From contig OY759599.1 of NCBI GenBank assembly GCA_963662465.1, positions 1,120,001 to 1,184,000 of the forward strand: 64,000 nt of DNA, read 5' to 3'. Positions 47,729 through 58,000 of this stretch are shown here, piece after piece. Position 1 is the stretch's first letter, and each line of letters begins with the position of its first letter. The position numbers and the translations under genes are program-made. Source of the stretch: Desulfatiglandales bacterium. Its GTDB lineage: Bacteria > Desulfobacterota > DSM-4660 > Desulfatiglandales > Desulfatiglandaceae. Under the pieces are notes generated by a model that worked only from the letters and a program-made list of their open reading frames with translations, did not search any database and was not told the origin of the DNA.

Positions 47729-50336
47729 CAGAGTTCCTGGTAAATGACCTTTACGCAACTTAACTGTTTGAAATCGTTATACTGGAGCTTCTCATAATTT
47801 CGTGTGCATTTCAGATTTTAGTGCAGCGTAACTAGCTGAAAATATTAGGTGGGGCAAAATATTTTTTTTATTGACAAATGAAAACTGAAAAATTATCTTC
47901 AGACCATGATTGTCAAAACAGAAAAAATTAGCGACCTATCCATATGGACCGAGCGGGATTGGAAGGAAAAAATCACTGTTACGGTTTATCATGAGTATCG
48001 TCCTGTCGTCAGTTTCGATCCTGGGAAGATAAATGATAGGAGACTCGCTGCCGTACAACTTGTCGAGCTTGGTTATTGTAAAAACCGGGTTGCCGGTAAA
48101 ATCTGTGGGTTTCACCGCAATACGGTTGGCAAACTGCTTCGCACCAAAAGACTTTTAGGTGTTGAGGCCATATTTGAGGACAACCGTGGTCCCAAGGCTC
48201 CCTGGAAATATATTGGCAGCATTCGCAAAACCATCAAAAAACTTATCCGCGAGAATCCTGACTGGACTGACCAGCAGATTGCAAATGCCGCGGAAAAGCA
48301 AACTGAAACGACTATTTCGAGAAGTGCTGTAGCTCGTATCAGAACCGCGGACCAAGATGCAGAAACTGAAAAGCCTACAAAGCATGACTTGGAGCAACTG
48401 GCTAAAATTGCGGATAGTATTGATTTGAAGCAACACGACGAGCGACAGCTTTCTTTCAACTTTGAGGCTGATTCTGAGTTCAAAAAGAAGGTAGATGAAT
48501 TTGCTGATGAGGATACACCCAAGCCACAAACCGATACAGATAAAGTATTCCTGGATTATCTTCAACAGGGACAACGCAATGTCTTTGCCGGCATGCTTCT
48601 TCACCATCTGTTTTTAGATCATATCAACTTCCCAAATGCCTTTGATTTGCCTTCTTATTCCAATAATATGTATGATAATTATGAAGTGATGGAAACTGTC
48701 CTTTTCGGGTTGAACATCGGGTTGCCATCTATCGAATCCCATAAGCTGGTCAACAGTAGGGACATGGGGCTTTTGCTGGGACGAACCAGTTCCCCCGATG
48801 AGACCACTATTCGGTTGCGTTTAAAACAGATGGCCGAGTTCAAGCCCTCAGAGAGCCTGATAGATTATTTCGCAAACCTGTTTCTATCGTTGGGGTTCAT
48901 CAACCCAGAGGTGTTTTTTATCGATGGGCACTTCCTTCCCTATTATGGACTGAAAGTTCTATCCAAAGGCTACCATACCGTGAGACGAATTGTCATGAAA
49001 GGAAACGAGATTTATGTTGTCAGCGACCTTGACGGGAAGCCTTTCTTTTCAATTACCGAAGGGTGTGATATCGATTTCAGGCCGATCATCATAAGAGCGG
49101 CCGACAAGATAATCAGCCTGGGTGTCGACCGCCCCATTGTGGTTTTTGATCGCGGTGGTTATGGTGTTCACTTTTTCAGTCAATTATCGAAAAGGGCTGA
49201 CTTTATTACGTGGGCCAGGTATGTGAAAAAAGATGAATTGAAAGACTTGGAATATACGAGCTGCTTGATGTTTAATGGGAAAAGATATCTCATTGCCGAG
49301 AAAACAAAACTGATTCGTGAATCGATTTCTACAGCTGCCAAAGAAGGCCGAACAGAGGCAACTTCGACAGAAGTACGTATGGTTGTTTTCAAGGAATTGG
49401 ACAAGGATAGACCTGTGGCAATATATACCAGCAATCATCAAAAGCCTGCTCCTGATATTGCCGCATATATGCTTTCACGATGGGGAGAGTCTGAAAACTT
49501 TTTCAAAGAGATGATGTCCCTGTACAACTTCAATTATCATCCCGGTTATGATCTTAAAGAACTTGAAGAACAGCCTCTTGTAGATAATCCTGAGGTAAAA
49601 ACAATCAAAAAAACGATCAAGGGAATTAAACAAAAGATGGGGCAATTGGCGCTTGCAAAACAACAAACAGAGTCCAAAATAGAAGCACGAAAAGATCTTC
49701 GTCTTAAAAAAAAGCTAAACACGCTCCAGGAAGAGATAGAGAAATACGACAAAGAGCTTGACGGTTTTCAGGCAGCCTTAAAAGAAATGCCTGACAAAGT
49801 ATCGATAATTGAAGTGCTGAAAGGCAGACCAATGAACAAGGCAGATCTGGAGAAAAAGAAGCTCTACGACCTGATACAAATGATTGCCTTTCACTCACGC
49901 GAGCATCTGGTTGGCCTGTTCCGTTCATGTTATGATGATCCGCGGGATGTGAAACAGATCCTGACAAAGGTCACAAAACTCCCTGGTTATGTGAAATTAG
50001 TCGGGAAAACACTTGTTGTGCTTTTAGATTGGATAGAGGACAAAAAGCATCGGAAGGCAGCAACAAGATTTTGCCATCTGATAAACACTATGTCGCCCAA
50101 ATTGAGAGGTCGCATGGAGTTCGACCTTTATTTTCGCATCTCCTCAATCCCTCAAGTGGGTTATTGCTGTTAAAGCCTTGCTCATCGTTTCAGCCATCCT
50201 ACGCAGGGTATCGTGTTTCGACCACATGTAGGGGCGAAAAATCTTTCGCCCTAATGGCCGAAACAATGATCAAGGCCGCTGTTGAACTAAATGCACAATT
50301 TGAATTGAGAAAAAACGTCATTTACTATGATGTCTG
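47729..50336 (+). mobile_element. 2608-bp insertion sequence of uncertain family
   Basis: Imperfect IRs CAGAGTTCCTGGTAAATGAC / GTCATTTACTATGATGTCTG; 6-bp target duplication AATCAT at 47723-47728 and 50337-50342. Confidence 0.9.
47906..50173 (+). CDS. Putative DDE transposase with N-terminal HTH and C-terminal coiled coil
   Basis: FIDGH, VFDRGG, RWGESENFFK; sole long ORF between the IRs. Confidence 0.85.
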   Translation: MIVKTEKISDLSIWTERDWKEKITVTVYHEYRPVVSFDPGKINDRRLAAVQLVELGYCKNRVAGKICGFHRNTVGKLLRTKRLLGVEAIFEDNRGPKAPWKYIGSIRKTIKKLIRENPDWTDQQIANAAEKQTETTISRSAVARIRTADQDAETEKPTKHDLEQLAKIADSIDLKQHDERQLSFNFEADSEFKKKVDEFADEDTPKPQTDTDKVFLDYLQQGQRNVFAGMLLHHLFLDHINFPNAFDLPSYSNNMYDNYEVMETVLFGLNIGLPSIESHKLVNSRDMGLLLGRTSSPDETTIRLRLKQMAEFKPSESLIDYFANLFLSLGFINPEVFFIDGHFLPYYGLKVLSKGYHTVRRIVMKGNEIYVVSDLDGKPFFSITEGCDIDFRPIIIRAADKIISLGVDRPIVVFDRGGYGVHFFSQLSKRADFITWARYVKKDELKDLEYTSCLMFNGKRYLIAEKTKLIRESISTAAKEGRTEATSTEVRMVVFKELDKDRPVAIYTSNHQKPAPDIAAYMLSRWGESENFFKEMMSLYNFNYHPGYDLKELEEQPLVDNPEVKTIKKTIKGIKQKMGQLALAKQQTESKIEARKDLRLKKKLNTLQEEIEKYDKELDGFQAALKEMPDKVSIIEVLKGRPMNKADLEKKKLYDLIQMIAFHSREHLVGLFRSCYDDPRDVKQILTKVTKLPGYVKLVGKTLVVLLDWIEDKKHRKAATRFCHLINTMSPKLRGRMEFDLYFRISSIPQVGYCC

Positions 50337-50811
50337 AATCATATTGCAGTTGCGACGGATGATTCCGGGGTTTCGGGCTTTTGTGCTGGAACCGGAAAAC
50401 GACCACATTTTGCTTCGATGGCGTGGCCATGATCCGGAGTATATTTTCGGTTCCCATCAGCTTTCTGACGGCAGCCTTCGCTTGATGGCATTAACGACCC
50501 TGTTCCTCCAGCCTCCGGAAGACCTACAGGATATGATCATCGTGGATGAACCTGAACTCGGTCTTCACCCCCAGGCGGAAGCCTTGCTGGCGGGTTTGAT
50601 TCGGTCGGCTTCTTCCAGGTGTCAAGTTCTACTGGCCACACAATCGGCCAGTTTTGTGGACAATTTCGAACCTGAAGATGTCATCGTTTGCGAAATGGAG
50701 GATACGGAAAGCAAGTTCCAAAGGCCGATGCGGAGTGAATTGGCTGGATGGTTGGAGGATTATTCCCTTGGCGAGGTCTGGCGGAAGAATGTCATGGGAG
50801 GCCAGCCATGA
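50337..50811 (+). pseudogene. AAA ATPase, C-terminal part
   Basis: LSDGSLR, IVDEPELGLHP, ATQS, YSLGEVW; rejoins the N-half in frame (RRII-LQLRR) when the IS and one TSD copy are removed. Confidence 0.85.
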
Positions 50812-51230
50812 GCCGTCAGGTTATCTTTTACGTGGAAGGCTACACGGAACTTGAGTTCGTCAACGAGATAATCGGTCCTCACCTGGGTGACCTTGGGATC
50901 ATCTGGCACAAGCCTATACTGGTGTCCAACAGTGTGCGCAAAGACCGAACAGCACGAGGCGGAGTCCGTAAGTACGACCCTATCCGAAAAGACCTGCGGC
51001 GACTATTGGCCCAATACCATGGGGCGGATTTCACCTTTACAACGATTCTGGATTATTATGGATTGCCCGAAGATTTCCCTTTGAGGAACGTTCCGCTTCC
51101 CGGCGTGGTCACGCCTTTGGACAAGGTTCAGGCCATTGAAAACGCTTGGAAAAATGATATTAACAGGACCTGGACCTCGCTGAAACCACGATATTGCAGT
51201 ACACTTTCCAGAACTGGAAAAATGGGTTAG
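50808..51230 (+). pseudogene. DUF4276-like protein, probably 3'-truncated
   Basis: VEGYTE.EFV, RGG, TTILDYYGLP; usual partner of this ATPase; similarity fades after about 51160. Confidence 0.65.
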
Positions 51231-51344
51231 AGAAGCGGCCCCCGGAGGGATTACGGGACGAACACCAACGCCATATTTATAAGGGTAAGTTTGCGTTGGA
51301 TGGAACTGGATGAGACGGGGGATTTAAGCACAAGTGTTGCAATT

Positions 51345-51452
51345 TCAGTTAACACTAAAGTGAAAACGGGAGAAGTCCTTCACGATCTTCTCAAAATAGA
51401 CCAGCAGATGAAAGGCCGTCTTGTAAATGGGAAGATGTTCATATTGTACCAA
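51345..51452 (-). pseudogene. avd: Truncated DGR accessory variability determinant (Avd-like four-helix bundle)
   Basis: Manual translation (TTG start) MVQYEHLPIYKTAFHLLVYFEKIVKDFSRFH then an early stop; 82 bp downstream of the DUF1566 gene. Confidence 0.75.
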
Positions 51453-51534
51453 AAAACGGCCCTGGAAAAAATGTCGCGAACAGGCCCCCCCCTGTGCCCC
51501 CTCGTTTAAATAATCAAAAGATCAAATGACCAAA

Positions 51535-52458
51535 TCACCCATCGTTTCGGGAACGTACTGCAAAAGCCCTGCTGCTGAAGGAGTAGTCACGGATGCCGGA
51601 GGACCTGCGGCCGACGCTGAAGCCGAAGATCCTCGCCTTCGATGAACCTTCAGTTTCTCCCGACCAAACCCACCAGCCTGTGGTCTTCAAGAAAGACGCC
51701 ATATTACGGTCGCCTGTGCCTTTCTTGTAAAGACCGTTCAGTTCATCTATGGTGGGCATTCTCCATCCACCACCGTCAAGATTAAGGCTTTGGACCCAGG
51801 ACCTGGCTTCATTCCAGTTTGTATTTTCATCAGGACCCGCCTTCCACTCAAGGCCCGTGTTTGTGTCTTTTATGATCCCCTTGGAGTAGAGTACGTATTG
51901 TCCATGCCGTTCAATTACATTATTTGAAGGTGGTGCTGGTTTAGGGTAAGAAGGTTTCTGAGGAACGCTGGCCACCTCAACCCATTGGTTCTTGGATTCC
52001 TTTCGGGAACTTACCGCAAAAGCCCTTCCAGAGTAAGAGAAACCACTGATGCCCCAAGCCCTGCGGCCGCTGTAGAAGGAGAAGATCCTCGCCTTCGACG
52101 AACCTTCAGCTTTTCCTGACCAAACCCACCAGCCTGTGGTTTTCAAGAGAGACGTCATATTACGGTCGCCTGTGCCTTTCTTGTAAAGACCGCTTAGCTC
52201 ATCTATGGTGGGCATCCTCCATCCACCACCGTCAAGATTAAGGTTTTGGACCCAGGACCTGGCTTCATTCCAGGGTGTGTCCTTGTCCGGTCCCGAGACC
52301 CACTTAAGGCCTGTACTGGTGTCCTTGACAATCCCATTGTCATAGACCACATACACTCCGTCCCGACCAATTTCATTGGAAGCGGCAAAGCAAAGGCATC
52401 CTCCCAACAGAAATACTAAAAGAGCGATGCTAAGTGCAATTTTTTTAATGGTAATCAT
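51535..52458 (-). CDS. Exported protein with two DUF1566/Lcl (CLec-fold) domains, candidate DGR target
   Basis: Signal peptide; two copies of G(I)xxDTxTGLxW..W..A..WRMPTIDEL..VWS..RAFAV. Confidence 0.85.
   Translation of the reverse strand: MITIKKIALSIALLVFLLGGCLCFAASNEIGRDGVYVVYDNGIVKDTSTGLKWVSGPDKDTPWNEARSWVQNLNLDGGGWRMPTIDELSGLYKKGTGDRNMTSLLKTTGWWVWSGKAEGSSKARIFSFYSGRRAWGISGFSYSGRAFAVSSRKESKNQWVEVASVPQKPSYPKPAPPSNNVIERHGQYVLYSKGIIKDTNTGLEWKAGPDENTNWNEARSWVQSLNLDGGGWRMPTIDELNGLYKKGTGDRNMASFLKTTGWWVWSGETEGSSKARIFGFSVGRRSSGIRDYSFSSRAFAVRSRNDG
51545..52337 (-). repeat. Internal ~335-bp duplication (offset 456 bp)
   Basis: 51545-51880 versus 52001-52337 are near-identical except for a 60-bp block and the 5' edge. 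Confidence 0.9.
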
Positions 52459-52605
52459 ATTCTTCCTTTTTCCTCAATCAATCTGCTTTCTGCCTTTTAC
52501 TTCTTTTACGGCAACGACTCGTGAGCGAAAGGCAAGATTTATGTTTTGGGAAAGAAATTATAACTTGGAGAGTTTGGCAAATTATACATTAGCATCAGAG
52601 CATTA

Positions 52606-55600
52606 CTAATCTTTCCTTAAGCGTACAGCAAAAACTCTTTCGACCGTAACACTTATATTTCTATGCGAAACTAACCCTCCATTCTCAAGATCAAAAACCC
52701 ACACATTCGCTGAATCCGCTCCTTCGTAAGACCACACATACAAACCTGTGGTTTTAAAAATCGCTGGTAGAGGATTCCATTTATTACAAATTGTTTTTAG
52801 CTCATTGTTGGTGGGTATTCTCCACAGACTACGAGTTGAATGTCCATTTTTCTTGGCCAGCCATTGCTTTGCTTCAGAAAATGAGGTTCCTTCATCAGGC
52901 CCAACAATCCACTCAAGTCTGGTACGTGTATCCCAGACTGCCCCGTTGTTAAAAACAAACCTGCGGCGTGGTTTTTCCTCCGTTGCATCCTTGACAGTTT
53001 TCGATACCGGGGGTGCGGCATCCTTTTTAGTGATCGAAACGTCTGAATTTTTGAGCGGATTTGCTATAAGATGAATTTTAAGGGTTTCCTTTTTCCCTGC
53101 TTCCAGGTTTGCCCATGTCTTTTTTGTTTTGCAACCCTCCCGTGAAACCTCGACATGGTAACGTCCGGGTTTAAGGAGTATCCCCTGGTGAAATTCTTGT
53201 TTTATGTTAAGGAGTCGAACATGCGCATCTGCTGGTTTAGCTTCTACAAATAACTGGCTGATGACCCATTCAAGATGAAATTGTACCGTTTCACTTTTTT
53301 CTGCTGTGAGGGTTACCCAGCCTTGCTTTGTTTTACAACCGTCCCGTGAAACCTCGACATGGTAATGTCCGGGTTTAAGGAACATCCCCTGGTGAAATTC
53401 CTTCTCAGTATTGAGGAGTCGCACAGTTGCATCTTTTGGCTCAATTTCCACAAATAACCGGCTGACAATCCATTCAAGATGGACCTGCAATTCCTGGTCT
53501 TTTTCTGCGATGAGGGTTACCCAACCTTGCTTTGTTTTATAACCGTCATGTGAAACCTCAACATGGTAATTTCCGGGTTTAAGGACCATCCCCTGATGAA
53601 ATTCCTTCTCAGTATTGAGGAGTCGCACAAGTGAATCTTTCGGTTCAGTTTTTACGAAGAGTTTGCTTTCTCCTATGATTCTCGGTTTAAGGTGTTTTCT
53701 CTGTGCATTGGATTGGGCGCCCTTATTTCCTGGAATACCGTCCTCGGAGGTGTTATCGGTTTCGCTTGCCATTCTAGCCGGATTGAAATTTTTACTTTGT
53801 GGTTTTGCATTCTCAGAAATCAAGCCAAGCACCAGAAAAAAAGAAAACATACCTAGCGCAACTCCTGCGGCGATCAACACCTTGGCTCGTCTTTTCTTTC
53901 TCACGGCATTGGAAACAGGGGCTTTTCTAAGACGAAATTCAAGTTCTGTGGGCGTCCCCGAATCGACCCCAACCTCCTGGGTTGCAGTTTTGAACCCGTC
54001 AAGGGTCAGCCCCAGTTTATATCTCCCGACCGGCAACTCTATACTCGCATCTGTTTTTTCTCCCGTATCCCGACCGTCTATCCATATTGAAGCACCATTC
54101 GGCAAACTGGCAATAGTCAATTCAGCGAGCGGTTCAGGGGACGCCATGTCCCTGACAAGCCGAAATCCCCAACTGTGATCTTTATATTCAGGCCAGTTGC
54201 ACCAGCGACAAGTTGTTCGGCATTTCATCGCATCGCTCTTCCAACTCCCGCCTCGTAGCACCCGCTGTGTGCCCATAGACGGGGCCGGGGGATTATCGGC
54301 CGCAACTGATGGATAATCCGCGAACCAGTCCTGGCACCACTCCCAAACATTACCGGACATATCATGCAGGCCCAGCCCATTGGGGGCCTTCTCCCCTACC
54401 GAATGCGTGGTATTTCCACTGTTTTGGTCATACCAGGCAACGGCGTCAATATGGTCTCCGCCGGCATACGTCTCTTTTTCACCCCCGCTTCTCGCGGCAT
54501 ATTCCCATTCCGCTTCGGTAGGAAGCCGAAATTGATATTTTCTGTCATTTTCCGCTGTCAGTTTTTCTATGAAATCCTGTGCATTGTCCCATGAGACCAT
54601 TTCCACGGGATAGTTGTCTCCCCTTCCACACTTGGAAGGATTTGTTCCCATAAGACTTTTCCACTGACCGCAGGTTACAGGATATTTCCCAATATAAAAG
54701 CCATCAAGGGCAACTTCATGCGCCTTTTCTTCCGCTTCATCCTCATGTTCAATTGCCCTCCCCATCATGAATTTCCCGGCATGGACGTAGACGAACGCTA
54801 TTCCGGTAACAGGGTCCATAAATACCGGTTCGGGCGGCTCATGAGACGGACCTTGCTCCCCTTTTTCAAGATCTTCCGGGGCGTTGACATCGCCGGGGCC
54901 GTCTTTCTGATCCCTCTGACGGTCACAGGCCTCCACATACTCCAGAAACTCCCCGCACCCATTGAATCGGTCATCCGGAGACTTTTCGAGGGCTTTCATG
55001 ACAATCCCCGTCAGTTCATCGGAAATATCGGGATTGATCGCCTTCATGTCGGGCGGTGCTTCCCGGACATGTTTGTCTTTCACCGCATAATCAGTTTCGC
55101 CGTCAAAAGGCGTCTGCCCCGTCAGCATCTCAAACAACACGACGCCGATGGAATAGACATCGCTTCGATGGTCGACCCCCTTGGGATTGACCACCTGTTC
55201 CGGGCTAACATACCAGGCAGTGCCGATATCCACGCCTGTTTTGGTCAGGCGATGATTATCGCCCGCACGGAGCGCGATGCCGAAATCCATGATTTTGGCT
55301 CTACCGGACTTGTCAATCAAAATATTTGAGGGCTTGATATCTCGATGGATGATTCCTCGGCTGTGGGCAAAATTCACACCGGCCAGGATATCCTTCAGAA
55401 TCGGCAGGGCTTTGTTTTCACTGAGTTTACCCTCATCTTCAATCATGTCCTCAAGGGAACAGCCATCCACATATTCCATCACAAGGTAGTACAGGCCGTT
55501 GTGTTCAAAAAAATCATTCACCTGTACAATGTTTGGATGGTCCAGTCCGGCCTGGGCCATGGCTTCTTTCTCAAAGCGTTCTTTGAACTGAGGACTGTTT

Positions 55601-55740
55601 GAAAGTTCAGAACTCAAACATTTCACGGCAAATTGTTTTCCCAGAATCACATGCTCGGCAAGAAAAACGACCCCCATGCCTCCTTCTCCGATCTCAGAGA
55701 GAATATTGAGGTTTCCGATCTGGGTTCCTATGATGTCCAT
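52606..55740 (-). CDS. Ser/Thr kinase - FGE-sulfatase domain - PEGA - TM - PEGA-like x3 - DUF1566-like domain
   Basis: GEGGMG, HRDIKPSN, DFGIA; RLPTEAEWEYAAR, DMSGNVWEWC, RGGSW; three 68-aa repeats; DTRTRLEW..WRIPT..RVFAVR. Confidence 0.92.
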   Translation of the reverse strand: MDIIGTQIGNLNILSEIGEGGMGVVFLAEHVILGKQFAVKCLSSELSNSPQFKERFEKEAMAQAGLDHPNIVQVNDFFEHNGLYYLVMEYVDGCSLEDMIEDEGKLSENKALPILKDILAGVNFAHSRGIIHRDIKPSNILIDKSGRAKIMDFGIALRAGDNHRLTKTGVDIGTAWYVSPEQVVNPKGVDHRSDVYSIGVVLFEMLTGQTPFDGETDYAVKDKHVREAPPDMKAINPDISDELTGIVMKALEKSPDDRFNGCGEFLEYVEACDRQRDQKDGPGDVNAPEDLEKGEQGPSHEPPEPVFMDPVTGIAFVYVHAGKFMMGRAIEHEDEAEEKAHEVALDGFYIGKYPVTCGQWKSLMGTNPSKCGRGDNYPVEMVSWDNAQDFIEKLTAENDRKYQFRLPTEAEWEYAARSGGEKETYAGGDHIDAVAWYDQNSGNTTHSVGEKAPNGLGLHDMSGNVWEWCQDWFADYPSVAADNPPAPSMGTQRVLRGGSWKSDAMKCRTTCRWCNWPEYKDHSWGFRLVRDMASPEPLAELTIASLPNGASIWIDGRDTGEKTDASIELPVGRYKLGLTLDGFKTATQEVGVDSGTPTELEFRLRKAPVSNAVRKKRRAKVLIAAGVALGMFSFFLVLGLISENAKPQSKNFNPARMASETDNTSEDGIPGNKGAQSNAQRKHLKPRIIGESKLFVKTEPKDSLVRLLNTEKEFHQGMVLKPGNYHVEVSHDGYKTKQGWVTLIAEKDQELQVHLEWIVSRLFVEIEPKDATVRLLNTEKEFHQGMFLKPGHYHVEVSRDGCKTKQGWVTLTAEKSETVQFHLEWVISQLFVEAKPADAHVRLLNIKQEFHQGILLKPGRYHVEVSREGCKTKKTWANLEAGKKETLKIHLIANPLKNSDVSITKKDAAPPVSKTVKDATEEKPRRRFVFNNGAVWDTRTRLEWIVGPDEGTSFSEAKQWLAKKNGHSTRSLWRIPTNNELKTICNKWNPLPAIFKTTGLYVWSYEGADSANVWVFDLENGGLVSHRNISVTVERVFAVRLRKD
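53068..53665 (-). repeat. Three tandem 204-bp PEGA-like coding repeats
   Basis: LFVxxxPxDxxVRLLNxxxEFHQGxxLKPGxYHVEVS x3. Confidence 0.88.
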
Positions 55741-55815
55741 TTCTTTAAACTTTACCCATGTCCGATAATCCTGCTTTATTTTGATTGTTCAACCGGGAGT
55801 TCTCCATATTTTGCC

Positions 55816-57087
55816 TCACATCTTTTCCACAAACATGGGAACTTTGCTTTCAAAATTCCATTTTCCCACGTATAACCTGCCCATTGGATAGGCCTTTTGA
55901 AGTTTGATAATATGGTTTTTCAACAGGCAACACCTTTTCTGATATTTCGGATGCGTGTTTAAAACATTTTCCATTTCATCCGTTATTGTGCCGATTATAT
56001 CCTTAAGAAGTCCTCGATCAGATTTTGTTTTTGTAATTTCTCCTTCTTTTTCCATTCGCTTTTCCCAGAAATTGACGATCTGGTATGGTGAGTAGCCAAA
56101 GGCATAGATCAATTCCAGGGCCCTTCGATCGGCCTCTGCTTCCACCCGGGTGTTATAAGGGTGCTTTACAAATTTACTTATAATTGCCGCTGGATTATGC
56201 ATAACCCCCGGAAGCTTTTCAATAATCTGATACGTGGCAATACAATGTCTGAGATCCACATGTTTGATTTCGTGCGCCAAAACGTGAGCGAGTTGCGCTT
56301 CATTTTCAATATTCTCCAAAAGTCCCGTGTAAATGTAGATTCCCCCGCCTGGAATGGCAAAAGCATTGACATCATCGCTTCGGATAGTGTGAAAATGGTA
56401 AGCAATCCCTTTGCGGTCTACGTTGGAAAGCAGAGATTCTCCCAGGGATTGAACGTAGGCAAGCCACTCCTTGTCAATATCGATTTTCCCCTTATGTTGC
56501 TTTTCCATTTGTTGCGAAAGTTCCCTGCCGAGACTGTTTTCGGTTTCTTCGGATATCTCGGTTGCTTTTATGATTTCAGTTTCAATCGAATGGGCGACCT
56601 GCTGAGCCACATCCGAGAAAAGAACGTTGCAGTCCTGATGGATATAATGATAGCGCCGGGACTCCTCCACATCTTTCAACCCCTTTTTCAAAGGAGTTGG
56701 TTGACCCGGTATTGTACCCAGTTCCTGATCCGAGCCGAAAATCCGATCCGCTGTTTTTGAAGCGGTTTTTTGAATTTCTGAGATTTCCCGCTTTATTCTT
56801 TGGGATTTTTCAGCGGGGGGAACACCTATATCGCCGGTATCGGCAGGGGAATCCTTAGGCCGGGTTGAATCGGCGTTGGGCCATAGTTCCACATTTCCCA
56901 GATACAGGGCTGTCGCGCCTGCTGCAAGCAGTAAAACCAGACTGACAATCAACCCCGGCCACCGGCCTTTTTTCCGGCGCTTCGCCATGGAAGGCGGAGC
57001 CTCGGAATAGGTCAGTTCATGGCCACAGTTATTGCAATACCTGGCGTCATCGTCATTCTGAAAGCCGCATCGCGTACAAAACGGCAT
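55816..57087 (-). CDS. Zinc-ribbon, TM-anchored M48 metallopeptidase
   Basis: CTRCG..CNNCG; VNAFAIPGG, LAHEIKH, EAEAD, THP. Confidence 0.88.
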   Translation of the reverse strand: MPFCTRCGFQNDDDARYCNNCGHELTYSEAPPSMAKRRKKGRWPGLIVSLVLLLAAGATALYLGNVELWPNADSTRPKDSPADTGDIGVPPAEKSQRIKREISEIQKTASKTADRIFGSDQELGTIPGQPTPLKKGLKDVEESRRYHYIHQDCNVLFSDVAQQVAHSIETEIIKATEISEETENSLGRELSQQMEKQHKGKIDIDKEWLAYVQSLGESLLSNVDRKGIAYHFHTIRSDDVNAFAIPGGGIYIYTGLLENIENEAQLAHVLAHEIKHVDLRHCIATYQIIEKLPGVMHNPAAIISKFVKHPYNTRVEAEADRRALELIYAFGYSPYQIVNFWEKRMEKEGEITKTKSDRGLLKDIIGTITDEMENVLNTHPKYQKRCCLLKNHIIKLQKAYPMGRLYVGKWNFESKVPMFVEKM

Positions 57088-57105
57088 ATGTAGCTCCTTG
57101 TCCCC

Positions 57106-57996
57106 TTAAAAATACCACCAGATCCCGGCCCCGAGCAGCGCCGCAAGGATAAGAAAAAACGAAATGGATGCTACTGATTTGATATTGACGGCTGTCACTG
57201 TCGGCTTGACTTCCAACTCGGGTTTCGCTAAAGGCGCTTGCTGGTCCCCAAGCCGTACAATCTGTACAACCTGTACCGTAACATTGTCATAACCACCCTG
57301 GTTCAGGGCGGCGGAAACAAGGTTGTCGCAAAGCACTTCGGCCGACCCTCCCCAGCGAAAAATATTTGCAATCTCATGGTCCCCGACCAGCCCGGAAAGC
57401 CCGTCCGTACATAGCAGAAAATGGTCGTCGGGCAGGACCGAAAACGGTTCCTCCCTCACTTCCGGATCAACTTTGGGCTTTGCTCCCAATGCCCGGTAGA
57501 TGATATTGGCGTCGGGATGATCTTCCGCCTCTGCAAGGGAGATGATGCCATCATCCACCATCTGCTGAATTCGAGAATGGTCTTTTGTCATGGGTTTGAG
57601 TTTTGAGTTCCGGTAAAGGTAAATTCTGCTGTCCCCCACATGAGCCATATAGGCTTGATTATGGCTGACAACCAGAACAACCACCGTGGTTCCCATTTTA
57701 CGATATTGCAAGTCACCGGAAGTTCCCTTTTCATGGATACGGCGATTCGCCAGAGTAATAGATGACTTGAGAAGATCCGGAACAGAATCTCCTCCTTTTT
57801 CAAAGCATTGTTTGATGGTAGAAATGGCCAATCTGGCCGCTTCCCTGCCGCCAGCCTCCCCTCCCATTCCATCGGCGACGATAAACACCTCGCCTACGGG
57901 AAAACTGAACCAGCCCATGTCGTCTTGATTATCTTTCCGCTCAAGACCCACGTCCGTTTTCTGCGCAATCATCATCTTCATAGGCCACCCCCGCAT
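57106..57996 (-). CDS. PP2C-family Ser/Thr phosphatase
   Basis: NQD, VADGMGG, MGTT, HVGDSR, LCTDGL, GGYDNVT. Confidence 0.95.
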   Translation of the reverse strand: MRGWPMKMMIAQKTDVGLERKDNQDDMGWFSFPVGEVFIVADGMGGEAGGREAARLAISTIKQCFEKGGDSVPDLLKSSITLANRRIHEKGTSGDLQYRKMGTTVVVLVVSHNQAYMAHVGDSRIYLYRNSKLKPMTKDHSRIQQMVDDGIISLAEAEDHPDANIIYRALGAKPKVDPEVREEPFSVLPDDHFLLCTDGLSGLVGDHEIANIFRWGGSAEVLCDNLVSAALNQGGYDNVTVQVVQIVRLGDQQAPLAKPELEVKPTVTAVNIKSVASISFFLILAALLGAGIWWYF

Positions 57997-58000
57997 CCTG

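Noticed and set aside
51291..51509. 72-aa plus-strand ORF
   Set aside because: Antisense shadow of the avd remnant.
54150..54275. Kinase FGE C-terminal segment as the variable region for the TR at 14296
   Set aside because: Same length and motif, but many mismatches fall at non-adenine TR positions (cgt/cgg, cgg/cga, ggc/ggg, gtg/gcg, cgg/atg); it is also internal to the gene.
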